DNA of 64,000 nt from the NCBI GenBank assembly GCA_029775855.1, contig JARVJZ010000003.1, positions 162,416 through 226,415 on the forward strand, written 5' to 3'. Source of the stretch: Nitrososphaeria archaeon (GTDB lineage Archaea > Thermoproteota > Nitrososphaeria > Nitrososphaerales > JAAOZN01). This document shows positions 10,481 through 20,821 of the stretch, piece after piece. Under the pieces are notes generated by a model. It worked only from the letters and a program-made list of their open reading frames with translations. It made no database searches and was not told the origin of the DNA. Positions within the stretch are counted from its first letter, which is position 1. Every line of letters starts with the position of its first letter. A program made the translations under genes and the position numbers.

Positions 10481-11326
10481 TTAACTTAATCGGTTAACCG
10501 CGAACTCAGCTATCTCGCATAAGATCTGCTTCGCTTCTGAATCAGGCAGATCACTGAGACTCATTTTGGCTTCTAAAGCATATTTTACAGCGATTTCCGC
10601 TAGCTTCTTCTTTGGGTCACCTTCTTTAAACTTTATTCGTCTTGCTATTTTAGAGCCATCGTTCCAGTCTAAGATGTCATCTTGAATCTGGTAGGCTATT
10701 CCTATGTTATATCCGTATTTCGATAACGCTTCAACTGTCTTCTCATGCGCTGTAGCGAGTTTTGCTCCTATGGTTGATGCTGTTTGGAAGAGGCTTGCGG
10801 TCTTCTTCTCTATTATTAGAATGTATTTGTCAAGGGGTACTTCGCGGTCCTCAGCTTCGGCTTTCATTTCGATTATTTCGCCTTCACACATTTGCAGCGC
10901 TGCTTTAGAGAGGTCTTCACCCACTACCTTTTTTGACTTCGACATTATATCTAATATTATTCCAAATACGAAGTCTGCTGTAAGTAGGGCTGCGTTAAAA
11001 CCATACTCTAGGTGGAAAACTGGTCTGTTTCTCCTTACAGTTTCGTCATCGATGATGTCGTCGTGTATTATTGACTCTGTATGTAAGAGTTCTACTGCCA
11101 CAGCTTCTCTTAGCGCGTCTTCCTCTCTCCCCCCAGCAGCCTTAGTGGATAGAAGTAGTATTATGGGTCTTATTCGCTTCCCGCCTTCTAACGCATACTT
11201 CAAAGGCTTATAGAAGTTTGAATCTGAGTATCTTAGAAGCTCAGCATCGATAGCCTCATCGATCATCTTAGCATAAACAGATATCTTGTTTAGTAAGTCT
11301 ACTGCTGTTTTGTTGACGCTTTGCAT
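10481..11326 (-). CDS. Polyprenyl diphosphate (GGPP-type) synthase
   Basis: GGKRIRP, HDDIID...RR, QIQDDILD. Confidence 0.92.
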   Translation of the reverse strand: MQSVNKTAVDLLNKISVYAKMIDEAIDAELLRYSDSNFYKPLKYALEGGKRIRPIILLLSTKAAGGREEDALREAVAVELLHTESIIHDDIIDDETVRRNRPVFHLEYGFNAALLTADFVFGIILDIMSKSKKVVGEDLSKAALQMCEGEIIEMKAEAEDREVPLDKYILIIEKKTASLFQTASTIGAKLATAHEKTVEALSKYGYNIGIAYQIQDDILDWNDGSKIARRIKFKEGDPKKKLAEIAVKYALEAKMSLSDLPDSEAKQILCEIAEFAVNRLS

Positions 11327-11334
11327 TTTTCGCC

Positions 11335-11667
11335 TTACCTACCATCAGAAGATATCCTTTTTATTCTTGCTTCTCTTAAGAGCCATCGCGGTTTAAGCCA
11401 CCGCTCTTCAACACCATCCTTTGTTTCCACAACTATCTCGTCTTCGTCCTCCATCAGCACCTTTTTAATAGGGTGCTTAAGTCTATGAGCGAAGTATTCT
11501 TTGTCAGTTATAGCTCTAGATACACTCTTCTTCTTTTCTATCTTCCCGAACCACTGTATATTTCCGCTGTCAAATGAGAGGTAGAGCCTAGCATACCCCA
11601 TTTCAGCATAAACCCTAAGATAGCTTAACTTATGGGGAAGCGCGTGATCCAAGACTATCTTGAACAT
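11335..11667 (-). CDS. Hypothetical protein
   Basis: Fills the gap, co-oriented with prenyl synthase. Confidence 0.65.
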   Translation of the reverse strand: MFKIVLDHALPHKLSYLRVYAEMGYARLYLSFDSGNIQWFGKIEKKKSVSRAITDKEYFAHRLKHPIKKVLMEDEDEIVVETKDGVEERWLKPRWLLREARIKRISSDGR

Positions 11668-11730
11668 TTCTCCTAATACAACAAGCGCGACATATTGATA
11701 TATAGATTTTGCAGATATAGGAGAGCTACA

Positions 11731-12291
11731 ATGGGCAGAAAAAAATTGGTTAGAGCTGCTGGGTTATGCGGCATACTCGGTGTAGCTATAGTATACCCTC
11801 TTATACTGCTAGCAATATTCTACTACCCTAGCTTTAGCTGGTTCAATAATGCGCTCAGCGACCTAGGTGTAGGTGTCTCAGCACCCATCTTTAACACAGC
11901 ACTACTTATAGGCGGCGCATTGCTTCTCATCTTCTCACTCGGATTACTAAACTACACCTCAGGATATATAGCAAAACTAGGTTCCCTTCTCCTAATCGCT
12001 GCATCTATATTTCTCGCAGCTATAGGGTTGTTCCCCGAAAACTATGGTAAACTACACTTTTACGTTTCAGTTGCTTTCTTTGTGTTAATCGTGTTTTCTT
12101 TGCTGACTCTAGGTTTGTCTCTCATACTACAATCATCAAGAGCATCAGGCTTCCTAACGGTAGTTGGCGCTATCATCGCAGCCTTGATATGGATATTCCC
12201 TTGGACTGGTGTTGCTATCCCTGAAACCATCGCTTCAATAATACTTTCGGCGCGTGTGGTATCCTTTGCCTATAAGATGCTGGTTAAATGA
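11731..12291 (+). CDS. DUF998-like membrane protein
   Basis: FSW..NALSDLG, GLFPE...LH. Confidence 0.8.
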   Translation: MGRKKLVRAAGLCGILGVAIVYPLILLAIFYYPSFSWFNNALSDLGVGVSAPIFNTALLIGGALLLIFSLGLLNYTSGYIAKLGSLLLIAASIFLAAIGLFPENYGKLHFYVSVAFFVLIVFSLLTLGLSLILQSSRASGFLTVVGAIIAALIWIFPWTGVAIPETIASIILSARVVSFAYKMLVK

Positions 12292-12299
12292 TAGATTTG

Positions 12300-12599
12300 C
12301 TACACTATGTCGCCTTCTAGCTTCCTAGCAAGCTTACCCTTCAACTTTATATTGAGGTTAAAGTCTTCAGGCTTCACCACGTCAGATGTTATTCTTTTTA
12401 TCACCAGACCGCATCTGTTATCTGGCAGAAGCTTGTTCCTTACGCACTGAGCATATGAGCAAGAAGGGCCTACACATACATCATTCAACCAGCTGCACCA
12501 AATCGTATGCCCACGTATTAACATAGCTCTCTTAGCGCATTTGAAGGATATGCATCTTGGCCAGCATCTACCATTGCTGTCGGGTCCCTCATGGGGCAA
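12300..12599 (-). CDS. Cys-rich hypothetical protein
   Basis: Eight Cys; C.P.C..F.C pattern. Confidence 0.7.
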   Translation of the reverse strand: MPHEGPDSNGRCWPRCISFKCAKRAMLIRGHTIWCSWLNDVCVGPSCSYAQCVRNKLLPDNRCGLVIKRITSDVVKPEDFNLNIKLKGKLARKLEGDIV

Positions 12600-12664
12600 T
12601 CCTTAACAACCCTTCGTCACATAACCTTTTGAAGCTCAACAATATATTTTTTATTAGTCTGTGC

Positions 12665-13915
12665 TTAGGGCCATATTCCGAGCGTTTTGATGGCTTCGGC
12701 CACTCGTCCCACTCCAACCATTAAGGCTGCTGCCCTCATGTCGATGTTGTATTTAACCGAAGTCTCATAGACAGATTTGAAGGCTGATATCATCTTTTCT
12801 TCTAGCTTCCTTTTAACTTCAGCGAGATTCCAGTGATCTCGATTAAGATTCTGAACCCACTCAAAATAACTTACAGTAACGCCGCCTGCGTTTGCAAGTA
12901 TATCAGGCACTACAAAGACCTTGTTGCTATAAAGTATTTTATCTGCTTCTGGTGTTGTGGGTCCATTAGCCCCTTCGACTACGATTCGAGCTTTGACTCT
13001 ACTAGCGTTTTCTTGTGTGATAACATTTTCTAACGCTGCGGGTAGTAGGATATCACACTCAAGCTCTAAAAGTTCCTCGTTAGTGATTTCATCGCATCCA
13101 GCCATACCGACAACACTTCCGGTCTTCTCTTTATATCTTAGAGCAGCGAGTGGGTTAATTCCTTTAGGTGAAAATATGCCGCCCCGTGAGTCACTTAATG
13201 CAATTATCTTGCAACCCATTTCAGCCAAAAAGAGTGCAGCATTAGAGCCAACATTACCAAACCCTTGAATCGCTACCGTAGCATCTTTAAGATTTAAGCC
13301 TATAGCATTTGCCGCTTCACTTGCACATATGGCAGCACCTAAACCTGTAGCCTCAGCCCTACCTTCTGAACCACCTAAGCTGACGGGTTTTCCAGTTACG
13401 CATTCTGGCACTCTGTAGCCTGTAAGTTGGCTGTATGTGTCCATTATCCAAGCCATAGTTTGAGCGTCTGTGTAGACATCTGGTGCAGGTATGTCTATGT
13501 ATGGCCCCATGAGTGGTGCGATCATGCTGGTGTATCTTCTTGTTAACCGTTCTTTTTCGCTTCGAGACATTTCCTTAGGGTTGCAGATTACACCGCCTTT
13601 TGCGCCGCCAAACGGTATGTCTACTACACCACATTTCCATGTCATCCAGAAGGCTAAAGCTTTTACTTCATCTAAAGAAACATCTGGGTGATATCTGATA
13701 CCGCCTTTATAAGGTCCTCTAGCGTCATTATGTTGTATTCTGTAGCCTAAGTATGTAATAACTTCGCCGCTATCCATTCTGACAGGGACCGCTACTGTAA
13801 CAACTCTTTTAGGTTCTTTAAGCATCTGGTATATGTCTGGGTCCATCTTTAAGAGCTCAGCGGCTATGTCTAGCTGTTTTAATGCGTTCTGAAAAGGGTT
13901 AGGTTTTGTCGTCAT
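12665..13915 (-). CDS. gdhA: Glutamate dehydrogenase
   Basis: RGPYKGGIRYHP, FGGAKGG, DIPAPDV, QGFGNVG, EGANGP. Confidence 0.96.
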   Translation of the reverse strand: MTTKPNPFQNALKQLDIAAELLKMDPDIYQMLKEPKRVVTVAVPVRMDSGEVITYLGYRIQHNDARGPYKGGIRYHPDVSLDEVKALAFWMTWKCGVVDIPFGGAKGGVICNPKEMSRSEKERLTRRYTSMIAPLMGPYIDIPAPDVYTDAQTMAWIMDTYSQLTGYRVPECVTGKPVSLGGSEGRAEATGLGAAICASEAANAIGLNLKDATVAIQGFGNVGSNAALFLAEMGCKIIALSDSRGGIFSPKGINPLAALRYKEKTGSVVGMAGCDEITNEELLELECDILLPAALENVITQENASRVKARIVVEGANGPTTPEADKILYSNKVFVVPDILANAGGVTVSYFEWVQNLNRDHWNLAEVKRKLEEKMISAFKSVYETSVKYNIDMRAAALMVGVGRVAEAIKTLGIWP

Positions 13916-14040
13916 CTTCTCGCTTGTAAATGTTGTTTAATGGGTTATATAAATTTTGCAGTAATATGCACATATTTCTTTATTTTTCTTGGTATTACTT
14001 ATTGATATTATAAGTAAAATATGGTGTAGTTTAATGATTA

Positions 14041-14721
14041 TTACTGAAGCGCTTTACTCATTTCCAAGATCTTGCTCCTCCAGTCAGCAGCTTTGACTAT
14101 TCCGCTAGCAACTAGCACGCCACATACACCTAAATTAAGAGCTGCTTCTACATCACTACCATCCACTATACCAGCGCCACAGATGACACCAACATCTGGA
14201 TTTGATATGGCTGCTGCTTTAACAGACTCGGTTATAACCTCTGGCTTAGCTTTCGACACAGCCACACCAGAGCCTATAAGCTCAGGAGGCTCTATAGCAA
14301 TGTAGTCTGGTGAAAATTCAGCATACACTGATACCTCAGACGGTTCTCTTGCACATACCACTGAAACCAAGTCAGATTCATGCAGTCTCTTTATTGTAGC
14401 CTTGATCTTATCCTGCTCTATCCTTCTTTCGCTGTGATTCAAGATAGAGCCTTTGGCGCCGGCTACCTTAATCACTTCTGCGACGATAGCTCCTGTGCTA
14501 CTTCCCACCTTTTCTGGATCTGTGTGTTGTGCGAAGACTGGGATCTTTGTGGCGCTACATATCTGCGACAAGTAGGGTAAAGGTGGGCATACCACTATAG
14601 ATGTGTTGGTTTGTTGCGAGACTTCTTCAGCCACCTTTGCGAGTCTGAGGGCGCCTTCACCAGATGCTTCAAGATAGTTTTTGAAGTTTATTATTAGCAT
14701 AGGTGTTCTGATTTTAGGCAT
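14041..14721 (-). CDS. tpiA: Triosephosphate isomerase (archaeal type)
   Basis: INFKNY, LNHSERR, AIEPPELIG, CGAGI. Confidence 0.96.
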   Translation of the reverse strand: MPKIRTPMLIINFKNYLEASGEGALRLAKVAEEVSQQTNTSIVVCPPLPYLSQICSATKIPVFAQHTDPEKVGSSTGAIVAEVIKVAGAKGSILNHSERRIEQDKIKATIKRLHESDLVSVVCAREPSEVSVYAEFSPDYIAIEPPELIGSGVAVSKAKPEVITESVKAAAISNPDVGVICGAGIVDGSDVEAALNLGVCGVLVASGIVKAADWRSKILEMSKALQ

Positions 14722-14753
14722 ATTATGACGCTATTCTAGTGGTGGATTAAAAG

Positions 14754-15338
14754 TTAGCTGCTCCAGAGGATTTTGTCCTCAAGTTCCTCTATTAAACGGA
14801 TGTATTTTTCGTGCACTCCTTCGCCCATCTCCTCTCTCTCAACTTTTTCAAATCTCCTCACAAGATCCTCTTTCTCTTCTTTAGATAACAGTCTACCACC
14901 CATAGGGTAGAGTATGTTATCCTCTTTGTATATGTGCTGAGTTAAAAGTTGTGAATACCCTTTTGCGTTGCTTGAGAATAGATGTGTTTGTCTCCAGTCT
15001 CCTTCTTTTATCTTCAAAGCTGCTTCAGCCATAGCTTTAACCGCTTTTCTACCTTCTTCATGCTCAAAGAGCATAACCCCAATTGGCCCACCTTCAACAG
15101 GTATGCCGTGTTCACTGAAGGTTTGAAAGAGGATCTTTTCTTCTTTACCGTGGTGGCATCTGTCAGCGAAGTTGCGGATAAAGTCAAGTAGGTTGATAAG
15201 TATTGTAGGTTCAACTTGTTTTCCTGCGTCAAGTCTTGCGGCTACTTCCTCTAATAGCCTTATGGCTCTTTCTATTACTCTATGCTCTTCCATTAGTATA
15301 GTGATTGGGTCTTGTTCGTGGTGATGTATATGTGTCAT
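14754..15338 (-). CDS. Hemerythrin/HHE cation-binding protein
   Basis: EEH..I, HHGKEE..LF, EHEEGR, HIYKEDNILYP. Confidence 0.9.
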   Translation of the reverse strand: MTHIHHHEQDPITILMEEHRVIERAIRLLEEVAARLDAGKQVEPTILINLLDFIRNFADRCHHGKEEKILFQTFSEHGIPVEGGPIGVMLFEHEEGRKAVKAMAEAALKIKEGDWRQTHLFSSNAKGYSQLLTQHIYKEDNILYPMGGRLLSKEEKEDLVRRFEKVEREEMGEGVHEKYIRLIEELEDKILWSS

Positions 15339-15385
15339 TTTTTCATCGATTGTTTTTAGGGTTTTATCTTTTAGTAAAGTGTTTT

Positions 15386-15401
15386 ACCTAAATCTTTAGG
15401 T
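15386..15401. promoter_or_regulatory. Palindromic candidate operator ACCTAAA-TC-TTTAGGT
   Basis: Perfect 7-bp inverted arms between divergent hemerythrin and HTH-10 regulator genes. Confidence 0.5.
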
Positions 15402-15453
15402 GTGGCTCGTAAACACAAATATATTACCGTGTATCCTAATATAGTAGGTATTA

Positions 15454-16089
15454 ATGCTCGAAGTCGAGGTTTCTATAACGCCTAATAGGACTTGGATACA
15501 TAACATATCTTCGAACCATAGCGCCGTAGTTAAGATCTTAGATTGTAAGCCCGTTAAGAGTAGTGGCGCGGTTCAAGAACTCTTCGAAATACTTGTAGGT
15601 GAAGAGTGTGTTGCTGATGTTTTGAAGGTGTTGAAGTCTGATCCTAACATCTCTAGGCTTGAGGTTATTAGTGTAAAGGGTGGGCGTATCAAAGGCTCGC
15701 TTATATCGCATACTTGCTCAGCATGTAGAATCTTAGCCTCATCCCAGTGTTTTATGGTTTCATCGACGCTTAACCAAGATGGCACGATAAGCTGGGTGAT
15801 GCTTGGGAATAAATTTGCTATTAGAAGCCTTTTGGATAATTTGGAAAAAGAGGGTGTAAAATTCGATTTAAAAAGAATAGAGCGAGCTAAAAAGCTTGAT
15901 GTATTAACTAAGAGACAGGAAGAGGTTCTGAGGTTGGCGTTTGACTTAGGCTACTTCGACTACCCGCGGAGGATAGATCTGCGTTCATTAGCTAACATAC
16001 TGGACCTCTCCCCGCCTACTCTCTCTGAGATGCTTAGGCGTGCCCAGAAGAAAGTGATAACCGAATATCTTAGAAGCAAGGCGAGCTGA
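15454..16089 (+). CDS. HTH-10 (bacterio-opsin activator-like) transcription regulator
   Basis: LTKRQEEVL..A...GYFDYPRR..L..LA..L..S..TLSE.LRRA. Confidence 0.9.
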   Translation: MLEVEVSITPNRTWIHNISSNHSAVVKILDCKPVKSSGAVQELFEILVGEECVADVLKVLKSDPNISRLEVISVKGGRIKGSLISHTCSACRILASSQCFMVSSTLNQDGTISWVMLGNKFAIRSLLDNLEKEGVKFDLKRIERAKKLDVLTKRQEEVLRLAFDLGYFDYPRRIDLRSLANILDLSPPTLSEMLRRAQKKVITEYLRSKAS

Positions 16090-16139
16090 CACTAATTTAA
16101 TTAAAAATTTATATGCAAACCTAAGCATATATTGAAATA

Positions 16140-16718
16140 GTGGTTTCCTTGGATGTGTTAGAGGCTATAAAGACGAGGCGAAGTATAAGTAAGTTCAAGC
16201 CAGATGAGCCGCCTAAAGAGTTAATTGAAAAGATACTTGACGCTGGAACTTGGGCTCCCACCCACCACCTAACCGAGCCTTGGAAATTCTTCGTGTTAAC
16301 CGGCAAGGCAAGAGAGAAGCTAGGTGAGGCTATGGCGCAAGCGTTAGCTGAAGAGCTTACAGACCTAGATTCGCAAGAGAGTAAAGTAAAGCTCGACTCA
16401 GAGAGGCAGCGTCCACTGAGAGCACCCGTAATAATCGCAGTCGCAGCCTCCCCAAAGCAAGACCCGAATGTAGTTGAGTTAGAGGAGATAGTAGCAACCG
16501 CCTCAGCTATGCAGAATATGCTTCTAGCAGCACATGCTCTAGGGTTAGGCGCTATTTTGAGGACTGGAAAAGCCGCGTATAGAAAGAAGGTTAAAGAATT
16601 CTTCGGCTTAAGTGATAAAGAGTATCTTCTTGGATTTATCTACTTAGGTTACCCAGATATGCAGCCTCAGAAGGCTACACGCACACCTTTCTCAAGCAAA
16701 ACTGTGTGGCTCAACTAA
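16140..16718 (+). CDS. Nitroreductase family protein
   Basis: RRSI..F, APTHH..EPW.F, QNMLLAAHALGLG. Confidence 0.92.
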   Translation: MVSLDVLEAIKTRRSISKFKPDEPPKELIEKILDAGTWAPTHHLTEPWKFFVLTGKAREKLGEAMAQALAEELTDLDSQESKVKLDSERQRPLRAPVIIAVAASPKQDPNVVELEEIVATASAMQNMLLAAHALGLGAILRTGKAAYRKKVKEFFGLSDKEYLLGFIYLGYPDMQPQKATRTPFSSKTVWLN

Positions 16719-16749
16719 ATAAACTAAAAATAAGAGATGGGGCGTGCTT

Positions 16750-18387
16750 TTAGAACTCGCCGCCTCCCTCTTCTTCACCTGGCTTAGGTGGCTTTGTCTC
16801 CTTCATCTTGCCAGCAGCGATAACATCGTCGATGCGTAGTATCATGCTCGCAGCGTCGGTAGCAGACTTGATGATCTGCTCCTTGACCTTTACTGGCTCA
16901 AATATCCCTTTTTCATAGATGTCTGCTACACCACCGTCCATAACGCTGATTCCATACCAGATCTTACCTTCGCCGTGCTTAGCCCTTAGCTCTACTTGTG
17001 TATCTATCGTATCCATTCCCGCGTTCTCAGCTAATGTTAAGGGTATGCTCTCTAATGCTTCGGCGAACTTCTGCGCAGCGAGCTGCTCTCTACCAGAGAG
17101 CTTATTCGCCCACTCTCTGATCTCGTAGGCTAATTGTGCTTCAGGTGCTCCGCCTCCAGCAACCAGCGCTGGCTTTTCTATGACATCTTTGGTTACCATT
17201 AGCGCGTCGTGTATAGATCTCTCAGCTTCGTCAACGACCCTCTGAGAGCCTCCCCGTATCAATATGCTCACCGCCTTAGGGTTCTTACAGCCCTCAACGA
17301 AGACCCACTTATCCTCCTCAACCTTCCTCTCCTCAACAAGCTCAGCAAACCCTAGATCCTTATCAGTCAAGTCGTCAAAGTTCGTTACTACTCTGCCCCC
17401 TGTGGCTTTGGCGAGCTTCGTCATATCACTCTCCTTCACACGCCGCACCGCAAGCACACCAGCCTTAGCAAGGAAGTGCTGAGCAACATCATCAATACCC
17501 TTCTGACAGATAACCACATTAGCACCAGTAGCCCTGATCTTATCGACCATCCCCTTCAGAATCGCTGTCTCCTCATCCAAGAACTTCTTGATCTGCGCTG
17601 GGTCATTTATCCTGATTTCTGCACTAAACTCAGGCTTCTCGATTTCAAGGGGTGCGTTTATTAGGGCTATCTTAGCGTTTTCGACACGCTTAGGCATCCC
17701 CGCGTGAACAACCTCCTTATCCAACACAACACCCTTGATCAAGCGAGTGTCGCTGAGAGTACCGCCAGGCTTCTTTTCAACTTTGATGTTGTCAATATCA
17801 ACCTTGTAGCCTGTTGGAGTCTTTTCAACTACTGTAAGTATGGCGTCTACTACAAGGTTCGCCAAGTATTTGCTCTCCTCTGAAACCAGCTTTGTAAGCA
17901 TGCTCGTCACAGCGATCTTTTCAAGCCACTCTTTGTCTGTCGGCTCAACCTTAATTGCGAGCTTATCAAGTATCTCTAACGCCTTCTCTGCAGCCGCTTT
18001 ATATCCGTCTACGATGAGTGTTGGGTGGACATCTTTGGCTATCAGCTCCTCAGCCTTCTCGAGCAGCGCTCCGGCTAAAACAACCGCCGAGGTTGTGCCG
18101 TCTCCAACCTCGTTATCAGTAGCCTTAGCAACCTCAACCAACATCTTAGCAGCAGGATGCTGAACATCGATCTCCTTCAGTATAGTTGCTCCGTCGTTGG
18201 TTATCGTGACATCTCCAAGAGAGTCAACGAGCATCTTATCCATACCACGAGGACCAAGAGAGCTCCTAACGATCTCAGCTATCAACTTAGCAGCCAAAAT
18301 GTTATTACGCTGCGCTTCTCTGCCCTTGGCTTCGCTGCTTCCCTCTTTTAATATTAGTATGGGTTGACCAGCTGCCGCCATATACAT
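16750..18387 (-). CDS. ths: Thermosome (group II chaperonin) subunit
   Basis: [30 protein letters not shown]. Confidence 0.96.
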   Translation of the reverse strand: MYMAAAGQPILILKEGSSEAKGREAQRNNILAAKLIAEIVRSSLGPRGMDKMLVDSLGDVTITNDGATILKEIDVQHPAAKMLVEVAKATDNEVGDGTTSAVVLAGALLEKAEELIAKDVHPTLIVDGYKAAAEKALEILDKLAIKVEPTDKEWLEKIAVTSMLTKLVSEESKYLANLVVDAILTVVEKTPTGYKVDIDNIKVEKKPGGTLSDTRLIKGVVLDKEVVHAGMPKRVENAKIALINAPLEIEKPEFSAEIRINDPAQIKKFLDEETAILKGMVDKIRATGANVVICQKGIDDVAQHFLAKAGVLAVRRVKESDMTKLAKATGGRVVTNFDDLTDKDLGFAELVEERKVEEDKWVFVEGCKNPKAVSILIRGGSQRVVDEAERSIHDALMVTKDVIEKPALVAGGGAPEAQLAYEIREWANKLSGREQLAAQKFAEALESIPLTLAENAGMDTIDTQVELRAKHGEGKIWYGISVMDGGVADIYEKGIFEPVKVKEQIIKSATDAASMILRIDDVIAAGKMKETKPPKPGEEEGGGEF

Positions 18388-18398
18388 TTCACCTCCTA

Positions 18399-20054
18399 TT
18401 ATTCCTCGCCGCCTCCTTCTTCTCCACCTGGCTTAGGTGGCTTTGTCTCCTTCATCTTGCCAGCAGCGATAACATCGTCAACCCTCAGTATCATGCTCGC
18501 AGCGTCGGTAGCAGACTTGATGATCTGCTCCTTGACTACAAGTGGGTCAAATATCTCCTTGCTGTAAATATCGGCTACTTTACCTTCCCTAACATCAACA
18601 CCGAACCACTTCTGCCCCTCAGCGTGCTTAGCCCTTAATTCGACTTGCACATCTATAGGATCTAATCCAGCATTTTCCGCTAAGGTTATCGCTATACCCT
18701 CTAATGCTTCGGCGAACTTCTGCGCAGCGAGCTGCTCTCTACCAGAGAGCTTCTCAGCCCACTTCAACACTTGGTGTGCAGCTTCAGCCTCACTCGCTCC
18801 TCCACCAACAACTACTGCTGGCTTTTCTATGACATCTTTGGTTACCATTAGCGCGTCGTGTATAGATCTCTCAGCTTCGTCAACGACCCTCTGAGAGCCT
18901 CCCCGTATCAATATGCTCACAGCCTTAGGGTTCTTACAGCCCTCAACGAAGACCCACTTATCCTCCTCAACCTTCCTCTCCTCAACAAGCTCAGCAAACC
19001 CTAAGTCGTTTGGTGTAAGGTCATCGAAGTTCGTCACTACTCTGCCCCCTGTGGCTTTGGCGAGCTTCGTCATATCACTCTCCTTCACACGCCGCACCGC
19101 AAGCACACCAGCCTTAGCAAGGAAGTGCTGAGCAACATCATCAATACCCTTCTGACAGATAACCACATTAGCGCCAGTCGCGACAACCTTGTCAACCATG
19201 CTCTTAAGCAGCGCGTTCTCCTCATCCAAGAACTTCTTCATCATAGTTGGATCTGTTATGTTCAGCTTTGCGTCGAACTCCGTCTTCTCGATCTCGAAAG
19301 GTGCGTTTATTAGGGCTATCTTAGCGTTTTCGACACGCTTAGGCATCCCCGCGTGAACAACCTCCTTATCCAACACAACACCCTTGATCAAGCGAGTGTC
19401 TTTAAGCGAGCCGCCAGCCTTTTTATCCACCTTGATGTTGTCAATATCGACCTTGTACCCAGAATCCTTCTTCTCAGCGACAGCTAGAACAGCGTCTACC
19501 ACCAGATTAGCCAAGTCAACCGCTTCTTTAGAGACAAGTTTGCTTTGCATGCTCGTCTTCGCAACTTTGATTAACCAGCTCCTATCCTCAGGTGATATCT
19601 TTATGCTGATGTTCTGAAGCGCTTCTAACGCCTTCGCAGCAGCCTTCCTGTAGCCATCTACGATGAGTGTTGGGTGGACATCTTTGGCTATCAGCTCCTC
19701 AGCCTTCTCGAGCAGCGCTCCGGCTAAAACAACCGCCGAGGTTGTGCCGTCTCCAACCTCGTTATCAGTAGCCTTAGCAACCTCAACCAACATCTTAGCA
19801 GCAGGATGCTGAACATCTATTTCTTTGAGCATCGTTGCTCCGTCGTTGGTTATCGTGACATCTCCAAGAGAGTCAACGAGCATCTTATCCATACCACGAG
19901 GACCAAGAGAGCTCCTAACGATCTCAGCGATCAACTTAGCAGCCAAAATGTTATTACGCTGCGCCGCCTTTCCTCTTGTTTCGGTGCTTCCCTCTTTTAG
20001 TATGAGTACTGGTTGACCTGTTTGTGTTACAGCTGGTATAGCTGTTGCAGCCAT
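18399..20054 (-). CDS. ths: Thermosome (group II chaperonin) subunit
   Basis: Same motifs; tandem paralog. Confidence 0.96.
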   Translation of the reverse strand: MAATAIPAVTQTGQPVLILKEGSTETRGKAAQRNNILAAKLIAEIVRSSLGPRGMDKMLVDSLGDVTITNDGATMLKEIDVQHPAAKMLVEVAKATDNEVGDGTTSAVVLAGALLEKAEELIAKDVHPTLIVDGYRKAAAKALEALQNISIKISPEDRSWLIKVAKTSMQSKLVSKEAVDLANLVVDAVLAVAEKKDSGYKVDIDNIKVDKKAGGSLKDTRLIKGVVLDKEVVHAGMPKRVENAKIALINAPFEIEKTEFDAKLNITDPTMMKKFLDEENALLKSMVDKVVATGANVVICQKGIDDVAQHFLAKAGVLAVRRVKESDMTKLAKATGGRVVTNFDDLTPNDLGFAELVEERKVEEDKWVFVEGCKNPKAVSILIRGGSQRVVDEAERSIHDALMVTKDVIEKPAVVVGGGASEAEAAHQVLKWAEKLSGREQLAAQKFAEALEGIAITLAENAGLDPIDVQVELRAKHAEGQKWFGVDVREGKVADIYSKEIFDPLVVKEQIIKSATDAASMILRVDDVIAAGKMKETKPPKPGGEEGGGEE

Positions 20055-20120
20055 ATAATCACCTAGTATACAACCTTAGGTAGTAAACTATTTAAATATT
20101 GCTGTCATATATCATGCACG

Positions 20121-20792
20121 ATGACCCAACCAGTGTTAGATCAAGTCCTTAATGTGGTTGAGAATCCTATCAGGAGGAAGATAATAAGAAGACTTGCTCA
20201 TGAACCTAGCTACCCCCTAGAGATTTCAAGTGACTTGGGTGTAAACCAGCAGCTTGTCACAAAGCATCTTAAGGTTATGGAGGCTGCTGAGATCGTGGAG
20301 GCAACAAGGGCGTCGAGCCCTTATGGTCCTGATAGAAGAATATATGAGTTAGCCAAGAGCGTCTCCCTCACTATAGAATTCTCTCCAGACCTTTATGCAG
20401 AGCAGATTACAACATTCCAGAACATCCAGTATCCTAGAAAGAATGAGCAGCTTGAAGAATTTGAGCAGCGCTTCGACACACTCCTAAGCAAGAGAAGCTA
20501 TAGAAGCGAGCTTAACGACTACGCTAAACTAATCGCAGATATAGACCGAAGGTTAAATGAGTTAGACAAAGAGAAGGCAGCGCTTCTGCAGCTAAGGTGT
20601 AGCGTTATAAGAGTGGCAAAAGAGATTATACAAGGTACCCCACTCTCTCTTAAAGAAAGGATAGTCGCATACCACATTCTTAACAGCAACATCTGGGCCG
20701 CAAAGGTTTTGTCGGAGCGGTTGAACCTACGCGAAGAAACTGTGCAACAGATACTTCAACGCCTTAAAGAAATCAATCTGATAAAGATGTGA
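20121..20792 (+). CDS. ArsR-type regulator with coiled coil (Phr/HSR-like), divergent from thermosome genes
   Basis: ENP.RR.I...L...P.Y..E.S..L, KHL..ME.A..V, GP.R..Y. Confidence 0.8.
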   Translation: MTQPVLDQVLNVVENPIRRKIIRRLAHEPSYPLEISSDLGVNQQLVTKHLKVMEAAEIVEATRASSPYGPDRRIYELAKSVSLTIEFSPDLYAEQITTFQNIQYPRKNEQLEEFEQRFDTLLSKRSYRSELNDYAKLIADIDRRLNELDKEKAALLQLRCSVIRVAKEIIQGTPLSLKERIVAYHILNSNIWAAKVLSERLNLREETVQQILQRLKEINLIKM

Positions 20793-20821
20793 ATGTAGAG
20801 GTAAACAACTAAGACAGAAGC

